Shown here: piece by piece, positions 21,501 through 33,027 of the stretch | Layout of the letters: each line of letters opens with the position of its first letter | How positions within the stretch are numbered: position 1 is the first letter of the stretch | From: a virus | Lineage: Duplodnaviria; Caudoviricetes | DNA: 64,000 bases | Virus record (IMG/VR): IMGVR_UViG_2751185783_000001 | Location: 1 to 64,000 of that record | Direction: 5' to 3' (one strand) | Notes under the pieces: generated by a model | Seen by the model: only the letters and a program-made list of their open reading frames with translations | Told to the model about the DNA's origin: nothing | Databases searched by the model: none | Program-made: the position numbers and the translations under genes

Positions 21501-23228
21501 ATCCGGTTGGCGCCGTCGACCTCACGGATCAGCCCGGCCACATCATTGATCACACTGCTCATCGGATCTCCTCCAACTTGTCGGTGAACATCGCGGCCAC
21601 CGCCGCAGCACGCAGCGGAACCGGGCACTCCCAGGAACACAGCCACCAGCCGTCCCGCAGCACCTCATAACCCGGCTCGCCGTCCTCAGGGCGGGGCAAC
21701 ACCAGGTCGACACGACCCCTGCCAACACGGGCCCGCACCACGATCAGCCCGCGCTCGTCGAACACCGCCGACGCCCGCCACTGCGGGTCGAGGACGGCGA
21801 GGATGTCGCAGGCATGCTGCCGCGGGTCGAAACCCGCCCACACGCCCGCATCCACGGTCACGCCGCCACCTCGCCGAACACCAGCTGATGCAGCTGCTCC
21901 AACTCGGCGAACACACCCGCGTCGGTCACGCCCGCCTCACGCAGCCGCGCCCACAACGGGAGAGCCAACGTGTCACCGAGGGCGTCCTCATCGCAGCTGT
22001 CACCGTGGACCGAACAACCCCAGCCGCTGCCCTGGCGGTGAATGCCCACCACGTTGAACACCCAGTGCCCGGACTCGGTCGTGCTGAGCCACTGGGCGAG
22101 GCGCCCGTTGTCAGCGGCGAGGGAGAAGAACCCCTCACTGCGGGAATGCAGCAGCGACACCGACGCCCCGCCGGTCTCGTCGCGGACCTCCCAGTAGTGG
22201 TAGGTGCCGTTGTCGGCGGGGGCCGTGGTGTGAATGTGTTCGGTCATCGGGTCTCCTCCAGGCGGGCGTTGCGGGCCTCAGCAACCCGCACCCACAGTTG
22301 CTGCTCACGCTCACCCGGTGTCAGGCCGAGCCGCTTCATCTCCCGCTGCTCACCAACGTCGGCGTCGGCGTGCAGGTGGGCCATGTAGGCGGCCAGGGCG
22401 ATGTGCAGATCAGCGGAAAGATCAGTCATGTCAGTTCTCCTCGGAAGAATCGGTCAACAGTCCGGCGCGAGACAGGGCGGCAGCTGTCACCTCGGCCGTC
22501 GTAAGGCTCATGCGGCAAGACAGGTCGTCCACGACCCGCTGCTCGACGTCCGGCAGGTCACGGCCGCCACGCAGGAACCCCGACCAGAACAGCGACTCGG
22601 CGATGTCCGCCGCCCGTTCCGCGGGTGTGCAGCGCGCCAGGCCGCCTACGATCGGGGCGATCACCCGGGCCGCCGCGTGACGAACCTCAGCACCCGGTGC
22701 CGGGCGGCTGAGGCTCACAGCGGGAACCCGGGCAGTCGGGCCCCGGCCGGAACGGTGCACAGCCCGGTGTCCGGGTGGGCGTTACGGTCGTCGCCGCACG
22801 TGAGGCACACGTCGTAGGCGACCCACCGGCCGGTAGCACGGTTCAGGTAGACCATGCCGAGCCGGTTGGCGTCGTCCAGGACCTGCTCGACCACGTCGTC
22901 CGGGAGGCCGGTCATGGCCGCGATCGAGGCGACAGCCAGGCCGCTGGCCTTGCCGAGGAGGGCGGCGTCGTGGACGTCGAGCAGGATGTCGCGGGCGGTC
23001 AGGGTGGCGGTCATCAGGACTCCTCAGATGTCCATGGCGCGTTCGTGCGCGCACTCGTCGTGCAGGTAAGTCAGGCGGTGGGTGTTGTTCACGTCCCCGT
23101 CGTACGGGTCGGGAACCAGTGGTGCGGGGCCGCCCGGGCAGTGGGGGTAGCCGGCCGATTCGCAGGGCCCGTATTCGTCGATCAGGTCGCCGTCGACAAC
23201 GTCCAGCGGTTCGAGATCTCGGGGCATG
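18510..23228 (-). other. Operon of small hypothetical genes (e.g. 19502-19780 Zn-ribbon, 19947-20162, 20159-20380, 20680-21093, 21096-21317, 21314-21563, 21559-21861, 21858-22247, 22244-22429, 22715-23014 wHTH+Zn, 23024-23228)
   Basis: Coupled ORFs with RBSs. Confidence 0.7.
20680..21093 (-). CDS. Hypothetical protein, paralog of 651-983
   Basis: YTVLDWRNGLRGPCNLIGWGYGDGTYSEADC. Confidence 0.85.
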   Translation of the reverse strand: MNLRPPTDGRWAMPPRPFSVGDTTPLDTDSNPWTVKAVTPNFAALTRPVTGADRQAHLDEQWEDEHPDELEGDVFYTVLDWRNGLRGPCNLIGWGYGDGTYSEADCASMLADFEAGDLEISYRNWQRIRFADEAATR

Positions 23229-23235
23229 CCCTGAG

Positions 23236-23302
23236 TGTAGTGGCCGGGCACTACAGGCTCAATACACCGAGCGAGCGACGCAAGAAACCCCGCCCACTAC
23301 AG
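23236..23302. promoter_or_regulatory. Divergent leaderless promoters with operator TGTAGTG-N6-CACTACA and an extra CACTACA half-site
   Basis: Palindrome 23236-23255; half-site 23295-23301; TACACT and TACAGT -10 boxes 6 nt before the starts. Confidence 0.6.
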
Positions 23303-23309
23303 TGAGATC

Positions 23310-23597
23310 GTGGACAACCCGGCAGCCGAACGAGACGCAGCACTTGCCAAACCCACCAAAGCCGAACAGGCCATAGCCCTCGGCGAGCTGCTCAACGCAA
23401 TGCCCGGGTTCGTCGCCCACCTAAAGACCCTTCGCCAAGGCGTCGTGAAGTCCATGCACGACGAAGACGGCATGAGCTGGGAAGAAGTCGGCCAAGCCAT
23501 CGGGCAGCACCGCAACCGCGCCCAACAGATCGCCAAAGGCGTGACCGGCGGCAAGAAGAAGGGCGCCCCGCCGGCGGAAACCGGCGAGACGCCCTGA
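23310..23597 (+). CDS. Small HTH regulator
   Basis: GMSWEEVGQAIGQHRNRAQQI. Confidence 0.8.
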   Translation: MDNPAAERDAALAKPTKAEQAIALGELLNAMPGFVAHLKTLRQGVVKSMHDEDGMSWEEVGQAIGQHRNRAQQIAKGVTGGKKKGAPPAETGETP

Positions 23598-23606
23598 AGG
23601 TCTGCA

Positions 23607-26600
23607 TCAGACGGCGGCCATGTTGATGACCCGCACGTCCAGCACATCATCGTGGATGATCTCCTCACCGTCCTGGTAGACGGTCACCCCGCCGCGCCAC
23701 GGGCAGTACGACACCTGCTCGTACGCGGTCCGCGTGTCGTCGTGGTGTACCACCAACAGCACATCCGCGTACAGGTGAGCCATCAGCGGGACCGCCTGTC
23801 GCGCTGCACCCGCGACGCCGCGAGCAACTGCGCCCACACCGACCGGGCCGCCGGGTCCAGGCGCTGTGCCGGCTGACGGCCGTACCGGTCACCCGCGCTC
23901 ATCGGCGTCCCTCCGGCCCTGCTCCTGCGCGCCCCGACGGTTCTCGGCCAGCGGATAGTTGGCTCGCGGGTCGTCGAGCGGCCACGATTCGCGTATCGCG
24001 TTGTCCCGCACCTGCCCCAGGTCGAGCGCGCGGTGGTTACCCTCGTCCATGTCGTTCTCCTTTCTCGGAAAGCATCGGATTGCGACACGGGCGGGCTCGG
24101 CTTCCTACGGCCACGAGCCCGCCCGGCTTTGTCTGTCAGTAACTCCGTGGACTGTCCGCGTACGGGTCCACGCCCTCATGCAGGTCCACGCGGGTGATCC
24201 GGCTGGCCGGGAAATCAGCGCGCAGCTCGGCCATCGCCCAGCGCACACACTCCCGGTGATCACACGCCAGCCGCGACAGGACCCCGCCTGCCCCGACCCG
24301 GTATTCGGCGTCCGCCGTCGCCACCTCCGGGCAGCCCGGGTTGCCGCACATTGCCATGCCGGCGGCCGTCATAGTGGTGCCTCCTCGTGCTCGCACGGCT
24401 CCTCGCCGGACATGTCGTCGCCGTTACGCCAGCCCGAACAGTCGCGACGCAACCCGGCCGGGTCGCCAATGAACCCGACCGTCGCGGCCAGCCGGGACGA
24501 TTCGATGCCGTACGCGATGTCGTCCACGCACGCGGCGATCTGCTCGCCAACACGGCGCCGCTCCGGGGAGTGGCACGGCAGGTCGTAGTAGGCGTCCTGC
24601 AACTCGCCCCACCGCTCGGCGGCCTGCCACACATCGCTGGTCGTCGCGAAATGGCGGCGCACCTCGGCAATCAAATCCCGGACGATCACGGCAGATACTC
24701 CCGCCCCATGCCGGGGGTGATCGCATCCGCAACCGCCGCCTGGCCGGCCGGCGAAAGCCCCGCCGTGAGGATCGTGTCCGAGGCAGGCGTGCCGTCCCGG
24801 CCGAACCGGGCGATCGCCTCGTCGTACACGCGCCGCTGCTCGGCGGTCAACTGGTCCGCGGCCCGCATCATTGCGGGTCCCCGATCATCGACCGAATCGC
24901 AGCATCGGCGGTCGGCCACACCATCTGCGGTGAACCGGCCGCACCGTCGAACCAAGCCTTGAACCCGGTGCCGGACGGGATGACCGCCCCGCTCACCGGG
25001 CTACCGCTATTGCTGTCGGCGCCGTCGATCTCCCACTGGTCACCGACGACAGCCACCCGCGGATCGTTTGCGTAGGCGCTCACTGCGGCTCTCCGATCAG
25101 CTCGCGGATCTTCTCGTCGGCGGTGAACGTGCCCCGACCCCTCAGGTGCTCGACCATGTACGACTGGTCATCGAAAGACGCGTTGTCACACGCAGGCCAC
25201 GGCCACGCATCCCACTGCTGGCCCGTCTCGGTGACCCACCACTTCCGGCCGACGAGAAAGCTCTGGTTGATCTTCTCCACCCGTAGATCACGGTTGTACG
25301 CGCTCACTCCGGCACCTCCTGCCGCCAGTGCGCCACCTCAGCGGCGTCGATGACCGGCTCCTCGTACTGCCGGTTGATCCGGTCCGCGATCTCCTGGTCC
25401 GTCGAGGACGGGTAACGGGCAGCCATCGCCTGCACGACCGTCTGCGCGACCGGATCACGGCCCACAACGCCGCCCGTGTAGTCGACGCTCACGACGCCTC
25501 CCGCACGTTCGAGATTCGGCGTGCACGGAACACACCGTTTGTGGGCGTTTTCGTGCTGCCATGAACCCGGGACATCAACACCAGCACCCCATCAACCGGG
25601 GCACGCTGCTCGGCACGGGCCTGCACATCAGCAACCGGATCCCACGTCTCGATCGTCTGAACCGGGCCGTCATCCGGGGCAAACTCGAACAGAGTCGTCA
25701 CGCCGCCACGCTCACAGTCCAGCCGTACGCGCGGTCCTGGCGGTCCTCGACGATCCACGACTCGCCACGGCCAATCTCCTCGATCTCCCGATCCGACAGG
25801 GCCAGACGGCGGTCTGTCTGCGGCATCACGAGCAGGGTCGTGAAGATGCGGAACACCGCCACTGTCCGGCCGTCGGAATCCGCCACTACGACCGCGTTGT
25901 CGGCGGCGACCTGACGGAACTGCTCGACGGTCAAAGTCAGGGTTCGCTTGCTCACAGTCCCCTCCAGTGGCCCTTACGGAACGTGCCCAGCAGTGTCCCG
26001 GTGGCGGTATGCACGGCGAATGACTGCCTCGGGGAGGCGTACACGGCGAGTTGCGCGGCCTGGCGTTCGGCGTCAACGTCATCGACCGCGATGATCGGTT
26101 CGCCCTGGCCCTGCGCCACGCCGTTCTCATACACGGTCACCGTGTAGCTGCGGGTGCCCGTCATCGGTCGCCCTCCAACCGGATCAGCACGTTGCCCCGC
26201 GCCGGGAAGTTGAATGCCAGCATCCCGCCGGGCTCGGCGATCTCCTTGACATGCTCCGGGGCCAGCGTCACCGTCTGGGCGCCGTCGTACACCTCACCCG
26301 GGTCGGCGCCGTCGGGCAGCAGCAGCCACTCCCGGCTCGTGTCGTCGTCCCACCACGTGTGCTGGCCGGCGAGCAGCCGCTCGTAGTGATCCCTGGGTAG
26401 CGTGATCGTGTGGTCGGTCACGACCCGTGCTCCGTCCGCAGCGCCCACTCCAGCGCACCCTCGGGCGTGCTGGAGAAGCTTCCCGCCAGGCCCGACACGG
26501 GCCGCGGGTCCTCGATGGTGGCGTGCCCGAAGTAGGCGGCCCAGCCGTCACCGGTGGGCATCACCATCAGGGTGGTGTCGTCGTCGCGTTCCACCCGGTA

Positions 26601-29600
26601 GCCGTCGCCGACCGGGTGCACACGCTGATCGTCCTTGACGTTCACTATTCTCCTTCGTCGGCGGTCAGACGGTCTGACCGGCCGTCACGGGCCTCAGCGG
26701 CAGGGGAGTAGCGCTGAGACCCAGAACGGGCGGTCACACACTGGCAAGCTCAAAAAGGGCGAAGTCGTCGGCGGCGACAAGGTCCGCCAACTCCAGGGCG
26801 ATCCGCTGACGCTGGCCGTCCAGGCGCATCGCCTCGATCGGCGACCCCCCATCGGAGGCGGCACGGACCGTCCGGTACGCGATGCGCAGCTGCTCGAGCT
26901 GCTCGGCCGCGGTCACCGGGCCACCACCGACGACTGAGGCGGAGGCGGGTAGCCGCAGCTGCGGCACACCATCCGGCCGTCCCGGACCGTCACCTCACGG
27001 TCGCCGCACGACGGGCACGCCTCGTTCTCGGCCAGGCCCGTCACGACAGCCCCTCCAGCAGCTTCGCCAGGCCGCCGAAATCCTCCAGCTCGGCCTGCGG
27101 GCCACCGTCATACGGCACCGACACACCGGTAGGCGGATCCTCGTCGTCCTCGTCGTCCAACCATTCGTCGTCATGGCCGAACCCGGCCATGAACTCCCCG
27201 AAATGCGTAGCCCCGGCCACGTCGGACGGCTCCGCGTGATAGCGGGACAGCCCGGCCTCGGCCAGCGACAGGGAACACGCCACGAACTCGAGGCGCCCGT
27301 GCATGCCAAACAGACCAGCCAGGCGGGCGATCTCCGCATCCCGGCCAACAACCGTCTCGAACGGACCAAGCAGGCGGATGTCGAAATAGTCGTCGTAGTC
27401 ACCCAGGTACGAGATGACCCGGATCGACGGCTGGCCAGAGCCCTCGTTGCCGTCATGCGGGTCGGTCATCTCCCGGTAGCGGGCGCGCATCATCGGATCG
27501 TTAGGCCGTGTCACGACGCCACCTCCGCCACGATCGCCGCAGCGTCGACGGCCGCGGTCAGGCAGTCGTCGCATTCCAGGCGCCCGGTGGCCGCGTTGAA
27601 CGACATCGGCACGGGGGAGCCGCACGGACAGAACGCATGCTCGTCGTCCGGCCACCCGGACCGGAACGTCAGCTCGGGAACGGCGTCCATCACTGCACCT
27701 GCCAGCGCGTGCCGAGCCGGTAGCCGACCACACCGGCCGGGATGTCGCCCTGCCACACCTCACGGCCGGTGTCGATACGCCCGGCCTCGAACGGGTCCCG
27801 GCGCCGGCGGGCCGCACGACGCTCACGGGCTGCGGTCGCCGTCACGACGCCACCGCCGACAGCGCGCGGCCCCGGTTCCGGCGCAGCGTGTGCTCGAGCA
27901 CGTAATCCGGGTCCCGGTCGATGTCCGCGCCCGCCCACACCCTGACGGTCACCGGGTGCGGCATCGGCGGCCGGGTCACGTCGAGCCTGGCGCCGTACGC
28001 CTTCGCGAACTCTCGCGGCGTCGACTGCGGGGCGTCGTAGGTGGTGTCGCGGACCGTGTCCTGCCCGCGGGAAACCACCTCGTAGCTGTAGGTGAACGCG
28101 GCCATGGTCAGTCCCTCCGCTCGTGGGTGCGGTGCCGGGGCAGGTCCAGTGACAGCCGGATCGCCTCGTCCTTCACGACGCGACGCGACGGCCGGTTGCG
28201 GTGTGTCGGCTCAACGGGCGGCTCGTGCTCCCAGCGGTCGAAGTCGTCGCCGGAGTCGGTGGGGGTCAGAACAGCGATGGACATCAGAGTTCTCCTCGAA
28301 CTGAGAGGGGGCGGGCCGGGCGGCCCAAGGGGGGCAAAGAACCGCCCGGCCCTGCGGGGGAGAGGAAAGATCAGAGGGCGGCGTAGCCGGAGTCGGTGAT
28401 CCGCAGCTTCCAGATCGTCAAAGCCGGGTGCGGCACCTCGCCGATCAGGCCGGCGTCACGCAGCCGCCGCAGCTGGGCATCCAGGTCTGGGTCCACGTCG
28501 GCGGCGGTACGGGCTGCCACGAACGCACGCTCGACCGCATCCCAGCGGAACGCCGGGGAGACCGGGCCGAACGTGGCCAGCAGGACCCGATCGTCGGCGG
28601 TCACCGCCGCCGAAGCCAGGGCGGGGGCGGTCACCGCAGCACCACGCCGCGGTGCACCCCGGCCTCGATGACCAGGTCGGCGATCCGTGTCGCTGATGCG
28701 TGCATGGTTGCGGTGTTCCGCCGGATCTCGTCCTCGGACATGTGGTCGATGTCCGAGGAGTTCGGGTAGGCGACGGCCGCGTACTCGGCGACCAGCGTGT
28801 TCAGCTCGGCCAGCGTGCGCGTCACGACTGCGCCTGCCGGGCCGCCTGACGGGCCGCCCAGTGCGCGTCCGCCGCAGCGCACTCCGCACTGTTCGGCCGG
28901 TCGTCGTCCGGGTCGTCGGTCTCCGCCGCCCGCCGGAACCAGTCCCGCAGCACGTCCAAGTCGATCGGGTCACCGACTGCGGTGCGCTGCCACGGAGCGG
29001 ACGACTGAAGAACAGTGCGCAGGTCGGTGACGGTCATCCGCCCGTACCGTTCGGCGGCGTCACCAGCCGACCCGGCGTGCCCCTCCGTCAGCAGGGCGGT
29101 GTCGTACTCGTCCGTACCAGGCAGGTCGACGTGCACCCCGCCGGCCGTGCGCACGATCGCCTCGGCGAACAGGGGCTGACCGCACCGGGCCAGGTGGTGG
29201 CCCTGCGCGAAGAACAACACCGCGCAGAGGCGGACCTCGGGGCGCCCGGGACGGCGGTAGAAGGCGTGCGGGTGGTTACGCCGCATCACGTACAGGATCC
29301 CGGCGAGCGGGGCCGGTGCCAGGGCGACGGTCATGCGGTCACCAGCCCGCGGTCGTAGTCGGCCTGCGCCGCGCGCATCTGGGCGACGAGGACAGTCAGC
29401 TCCTCCAGGAGCCGGGCCGCGTTGGTGGTGTCGAAGTCGTAGTCACCGACGTTCAGGCGCGGGGCCATGTCGTCGTCGGCCTGGCTGATCTGCACGCCGA
29501 CGGTGGGCCGGGCGGCGCCGGGGAGGCGGGGGATCTCGACCTGCTCGGACTCGTGGATGACGGCCTCGCCGGGGGCCTCGTTGTGGGCGCGGCGGCAGTA

Positions 29601-29624
29601 GAAGATCGGGCAGTTGGTGGTCAC
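23607..29624 (-). other. Long operon of small hypothetical genes (e.g. 24369-24689, 24868-25083, 25080-25307, 25304-25492, 25698-25955, 25952-26164, 26418-26645, 27842-28105, 28108-28284, 28371-28634, 28631-28825, 29331-29624)
   Basis: Coupled ORFs; GC-rich intergenic hairpins near 24088-24125 and 28313-28352. Confidence 0.7.
28822..29334 (-). CDS. Orphan Panacea/DUF4065 (SocA-like) antitoxin-domain protein
   Basis: LFFAQGHHLA..GQPLFAEAI....GVHV...YG.....L.......PW; paralog of 35424-35876. Confidence 0.7.
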   Translation of the reverse strand: MTVALAPAPLAGILYVMRRNHPHAFYRRPGRPEVRLCAVLFFAQGHHLARCGQPLFAEAIVRTAGGVHVDLPGTDEYDTALLTEGHAGSAGDAAERYGRMTVTDLRTVLQSSAPWQRTAVGDPIDLDVLRDWFRRAAETDDPDDDRPNSAECAAADAHWAARQAARQAQS

Positions 29625-29732
29625 GGATGAACCTCCGGGAGGTCGTTCCGGCCGGGGCAGGGGAGTCTCTGTCACGCCGACCCCGGCCGGGAGACGGCGG
29701 CTGAATGCCTACCCCCACCCTGCACTCCTGTA

Positions 29733-29755
29733 TGTCAATCGTCAAGCGATTGACA
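29733..29755. promoter_or_regulatory. Palindromic operator TGTCAATCG-N5-CGATTGACA overlapping a leftward promoter (TTGACG-N17-CAGGGT)
   Basis: Perfect 9-bp arms; same core recurs at 40834-40854. Confidence 0.8.
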
Positions 29756-29987
29756 AATAATGTAGATTCAAGAGTGCCAGGTTTCGCCACACCACAGCCC
29801 CGGACCGATCAGTCGGCCGGGGCTGCCTTGCGTACAACGTTGACAATCCACTGGCATGTGACTACGCAAAACCGGTCCGAAGGTGGGATCATCGCGAACG
29901 ATCCCTAGAAATCCCGAAGGAGGACTCAGTGCTTCAACCGCGCCTGTGGCGAGACCTGGCAGTCCCCGCAGCGCGAGGAACCCGCCG

Positions 29988-30800
29988 ATGAACCTCACCC
30001 CACGACAGCAATTCGGCCGGCACCTCCGGCAGATCCGCGAAGCCGCCGGCATCACCCAGTCCAAACAACTCGCCGAAATCACCGGCATCGACCCCGGGCT
30101 CGCCAGCCGGTACGAACTCGGCCAGCGCTGGATGCAACCCGAACACGCCCGCGCCTGGGCCGCCGCGACGGGCCTCACCGAGGCCGAGACTGACGAGCTG
30201 TTGCAGGAACTCGCCGACACGCGCACCGAAGACAAACGGCTCCGTTCCGGCGCCCAGTACGGGCCGAAAGGCACCCAGACCGACCGCAGCCGACTGTTCC
30301 GGGCAGCCACCCGCATCCGCGCGTTTGCCATCGCCGAACTCCCGTACTTCCTGCAAACCGCCGACTACGCTCGCCAGGGCCTGGCAGGCGACCCGGACAC
30401 CGACGCCGTCATCGAAATGCGGCAGGCCGACGGGCTGACCGTCGGCGCGCCAGGCAAATACTTCGAGATCGTCATCGCCGAATCGGCGCTACGGTTCCTG
30501 CCCTGCGACCCGAACGCCATGCGGGCCCAACTGAGCCGGCTGCAAGGACTCGTCGGCCTACCCGGCGTCGAGTTCGCGGTCCTGCCCTTCGGCGTCAAAC
30601 TCGGCGCCCTGCCGAAGAACGCGTTCACCGTCTACGACGAGACCGTCATGGTCGACGCCACCACCGGAGAGCTCGCGCTCACCCCGAAGATGGCGCCGCA
30701 CTACACCGAGCTGATGGACTCGCTGCTCGTCGACACGGTTCGCGGCGAAGACGTCCACACGATCCTGCTGGCGGCCAGAAACGCGCTGAACGCGGCGTAG
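29988..30800 (+). CDS. XRE-family HTH plus DUF5753 (Scr1/WhiJ-like) regulator
   Basis: FGRHLRQIREAAG...LAE..GI....SRYELG; LQTADYAR; VIAESALR; QLSRL. Confidence 0.85.
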   Translation: MNLTPRQQFGRHLRQIREAAGITQSKQLAEITGIDPGLASRYELGQRWMQPEHARAWAAATGLTEAETDELLQELADTRTEDKRLRSGAQYGPKGTQTDRSRLFRAATRIRAFAIAELPYFLQTADYARQGLAGDPDTDAVIEMRQADGLTVGAPGKYFEIVIAESALRFLPCDPNAMRAQLSRLQGLVGLPGVEFAVLPFGVKLGALPKNAFTVYDETVMVDATTGELALTPKMAPHYTELMDSLLVDTVRGEDVHTILLAARNALNAA

Positions 30801-31173
30801 GCACACCACACGAAAAGGGCCAGCCTGCTACGGCTGGCCCTTTCCTGTGTGGCCAGTACGTACACCAGCGCCCCGGCGAAACCTTCAGCCTGCTGCGACC
30901 CGAGCGCCACGGCCGCAGTGATGTCGTCACCGGCATCAACAATCTGCACGTCCACGCGTGTCTGCCCAGGCCGCCCGGAATGATCGAACCGGGTCAGCCC
31001 CAGGCGCAGCCGCTCATCACCGGCACCCCACGAACGGCCGATGGTGTGCTGGTGGAAAGCCTCGCCCGGGCCAGGCTCGTAGTGGCTGCTGCACCAGGCT
31101 GGCCCGGGGGCAATACGTGCCGCCACAGATGCGCCCGGATCTGTCATCATCGCTAGAGCCGCAGTTGTCACGG
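30701..31173 (-). CDS. Possible DUF6907-like protein, 3' end uncertain
   Basis: PAWC..H......H pattern; reads through the terminator and overlaps the XRE gene. Confidence 0.35.
30813..30843. terminator. Intrinsic (possibly bidirectional) terminator
   Basis: AAAAGGGCCAGCC-tgctac-GGCTGGCCCTTT. Confidence 0.75.
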
Positions 31174-31351
31174 TGGAACCTTCCCGTGAGGTTGGCAGCG
31201 CATCGGTAAGCGGAGACTGCGCCGATGAAGTCACAATGCACCGACAGGCACCACCGGTTCTTCCCGCGCATGGCTATACCCATCGTGGGGATACAGGGGC
31301 CGCAGCTTCCGTCCTACCGTTTCAGAGTGCTCCGCGATCGGAGGATCGCCA

Positions 31352-32659
31352 GTGAACAGCACGAACAGCAGCGCCGCGATACCCGGCCACGTCCTCAAAC
31401 GTGGCGACATGCGTGACGCTCTGGCCCGCCACGACTTCGGCCAGGTCTTCGCCCTGGCCCGGCAGTGGGGCGGCATCAGCTACTCCCGGATCGCCGCCGC
31501 ATGCCAGATCAAACCCGAACGGGTCGGCAGCCTTGCCCGCGGCATCGGGACGATCGCCTCCTACGAGAAGATCGCCGCGATCGCTGACGGCCTCGCCATC
31601 CCCGGGCACATGCTGGGCCTGACCCCGCGGCTCTGGGAAACCAGAACCGCAGGCGGAACGCCGGACAACCCCAGGGACGGAGACGGAACCATGCTGCGAC
31701 GAGACATCTTCAAAACGGCGGCGATCAGCGCCGGACTGGCCATCGGCCTGCCCCTCGGCGGCAGCATCCGCAAGGTCGACACCACCCGGCTAGGCCTGCT
31801 TCGGCAGCGCACCGCCACCCTGCGGCAACTCGACAACATCCTCGGCGGCGGCGACACCTTCCCCATCTACCTACGGGAATACCAGGCAACCCGGCGCATC
31901 ATTCGCGACGCCATCTACACCGACAGCATCGGCACCGACCTCGTCTCCCTGCTCGCCGAACAAGCCCAGCAGGCAGGATGGGCGGCATTCGACGCCGGGG
32001 ACCAGGACGTCGCCCGCCGGCTGTATGAGGAGAGCCAGGACGCCGCCCGCCAAGCCGGTGACAAACTCCTCGAAGGCAACGCATACGCGTTCCTCGCCTA
32101 CCAGCAGCTCGGCACCGACCTGCCGACCGCGGTGAAGAACGCCGACGCGTCGTGTGAGGCGGCCGGGGACACTGCGGTCGGGTCGGCCGGGGCTCTGCTC
32201 AACGAGCGCCGGGCGTGGGCGCACGCCCTTGCCGGGAACGCCAAGGAGACCGCCGCGGCCCTCGACCGGGCGCGGGAGGTCATCACCCAGGGCAACGACC
32301 GGCCGAACCCGGACTGGTCGGCGTGGGTCGACGACACCGAACTTCAGATCATGACCGGGCGTTGCTGGACCGAACTGAAACGGCCCCTGCGCGCGGTACC
32401 AGTCCTCAAAACGGTCCTCGCCGGGTTCGATGACACCTACGCCCGGGACAAGGCCCTCTACTCGACGTGGCTGGCCGCCTCATACTTCGACGCCGGCGAG
32501 ATCGAGGAATGTGCGGCAACCGCGGACCGGATCCTGGATCTGACGGCAGGAGTGGCGTCGGTGCGCCCACGACAGCAACTCGCCCCCGTGCTGATGAAGT
32601 TGCAGGACCACAAGGACCTGCCGGAGGTCGCCGCGGTACTGGAGAAGGCCCGAGGCTAA
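31352..32659 (+). CDS. XRE-HTH plus TPR-like regulator (actinomycete NsdA-like type)
   Basis: ALARHDFGQVF...GISYSRIA; LRQLDNILGGG; QQAGWAAFDAG; helical repeats. Confidence 0.8.
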   Translation: MNSTNSSAAIPGHVLKRGDMRDALARHDFGQVFALARQWGGISYSRIAAACQIKPERVGSLARGIGTIASYEKIAAIADGLAIPGHMLGLTPRLWETRTAGGTPDNPRDGDGTMLRRDIFKTAAISAGLAIGLPLGGSIRKVDTTRLGLLRQRTATLRQLDNILGGGDTFPIYLREYQATRRIIRDAIYTDSIGTDLVSLLAEQAQQAGWAAFDAGDQDVARRLYEESQDAARQAGDKLLEGNAYAFLAYQQLGTDLPTAVKNADASCEAAGDTAVGSAGALLNERRAWAHALAGNAKETAAALDRAREVITQGNDRPNPDWSAWVDDTELQIMTGRCWTELKRPLRAVPVLKTVLAGFDDTYARDKALYSTWLAASYFDAGEIEECAATADRILDLTAGVASVRPRQQLAPVLMKLQDHKDLPEVAAVLEKARG

Positions 32660-33003
32660 TCCTCATGCTCGCTGTCCTGGACTGTGCGCCGTACCCAGTC
32701 CAGGTAGCCGCCTGACCCGGCTGCCACTCGCAGGCCCAGCACCTCCGGGTTGGTCCACGGGTGATGTTCGATCAGTAGCTTCTCGAGTTCGTCGTACCGG
32801 TCGGCGGTGGTCCGCAGGATTAGCTGCCACTCCACACCTTCGCCGGACTCGCCGGCATGCCAGAACACCGACTTCACCGGCCCTACCACCTGGGCGCCCG
32901 CAGCCAGGCGTGACTTCACCGCCAGCCGGGCCAGCTCGAGCGCTCCCTGTTCGGTGCCGGTGGCGGTGCTGACCTGGATGATGTCGGTGCTGTCGGATCC
33001 CAT
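32656..33003 (-). CDS. cutA: CutA divalent-cation tolerance family protein
   Basis: LAR..V..RLAA.AQ..GP..S.FW..G...EW.L..RT...HHPW.NPE.......G..YL.W. Confidence 0.85.
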   Translation of the reverse strand: MGSDSTDIIQVSTATGTEQGALELARLAVKSRLAAGAQVVGPVKSVFWHAGESGEGVEWQLILRTTADRYDELEKLLIEHHPWTNPEVLGLRVAAGSGGYLDWVRRTVQDSEHED

Positions 33004-33027
33004 GGTCTCGACCTTAGTGTCGAACGG

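Noticed and set aside
24868-25307. Diversity-generating retroelement or shufflon behind the variable paralogs
   Set aside because: No reverse transcriptase, invertase or adenine-specific TR/VR pair visible
651-27514. Recurrent C-terminal EVAA/EVLA/EVPA/EVAS peptides as a targeting signal
   Set aside because: Explained by the GAGG(T) Shine-Dalgarno of the next overlapping gene
26882-28399. 505-aa plus-strand ORF
   Set aside because: Shadow frame across a coupled minus-strand operon
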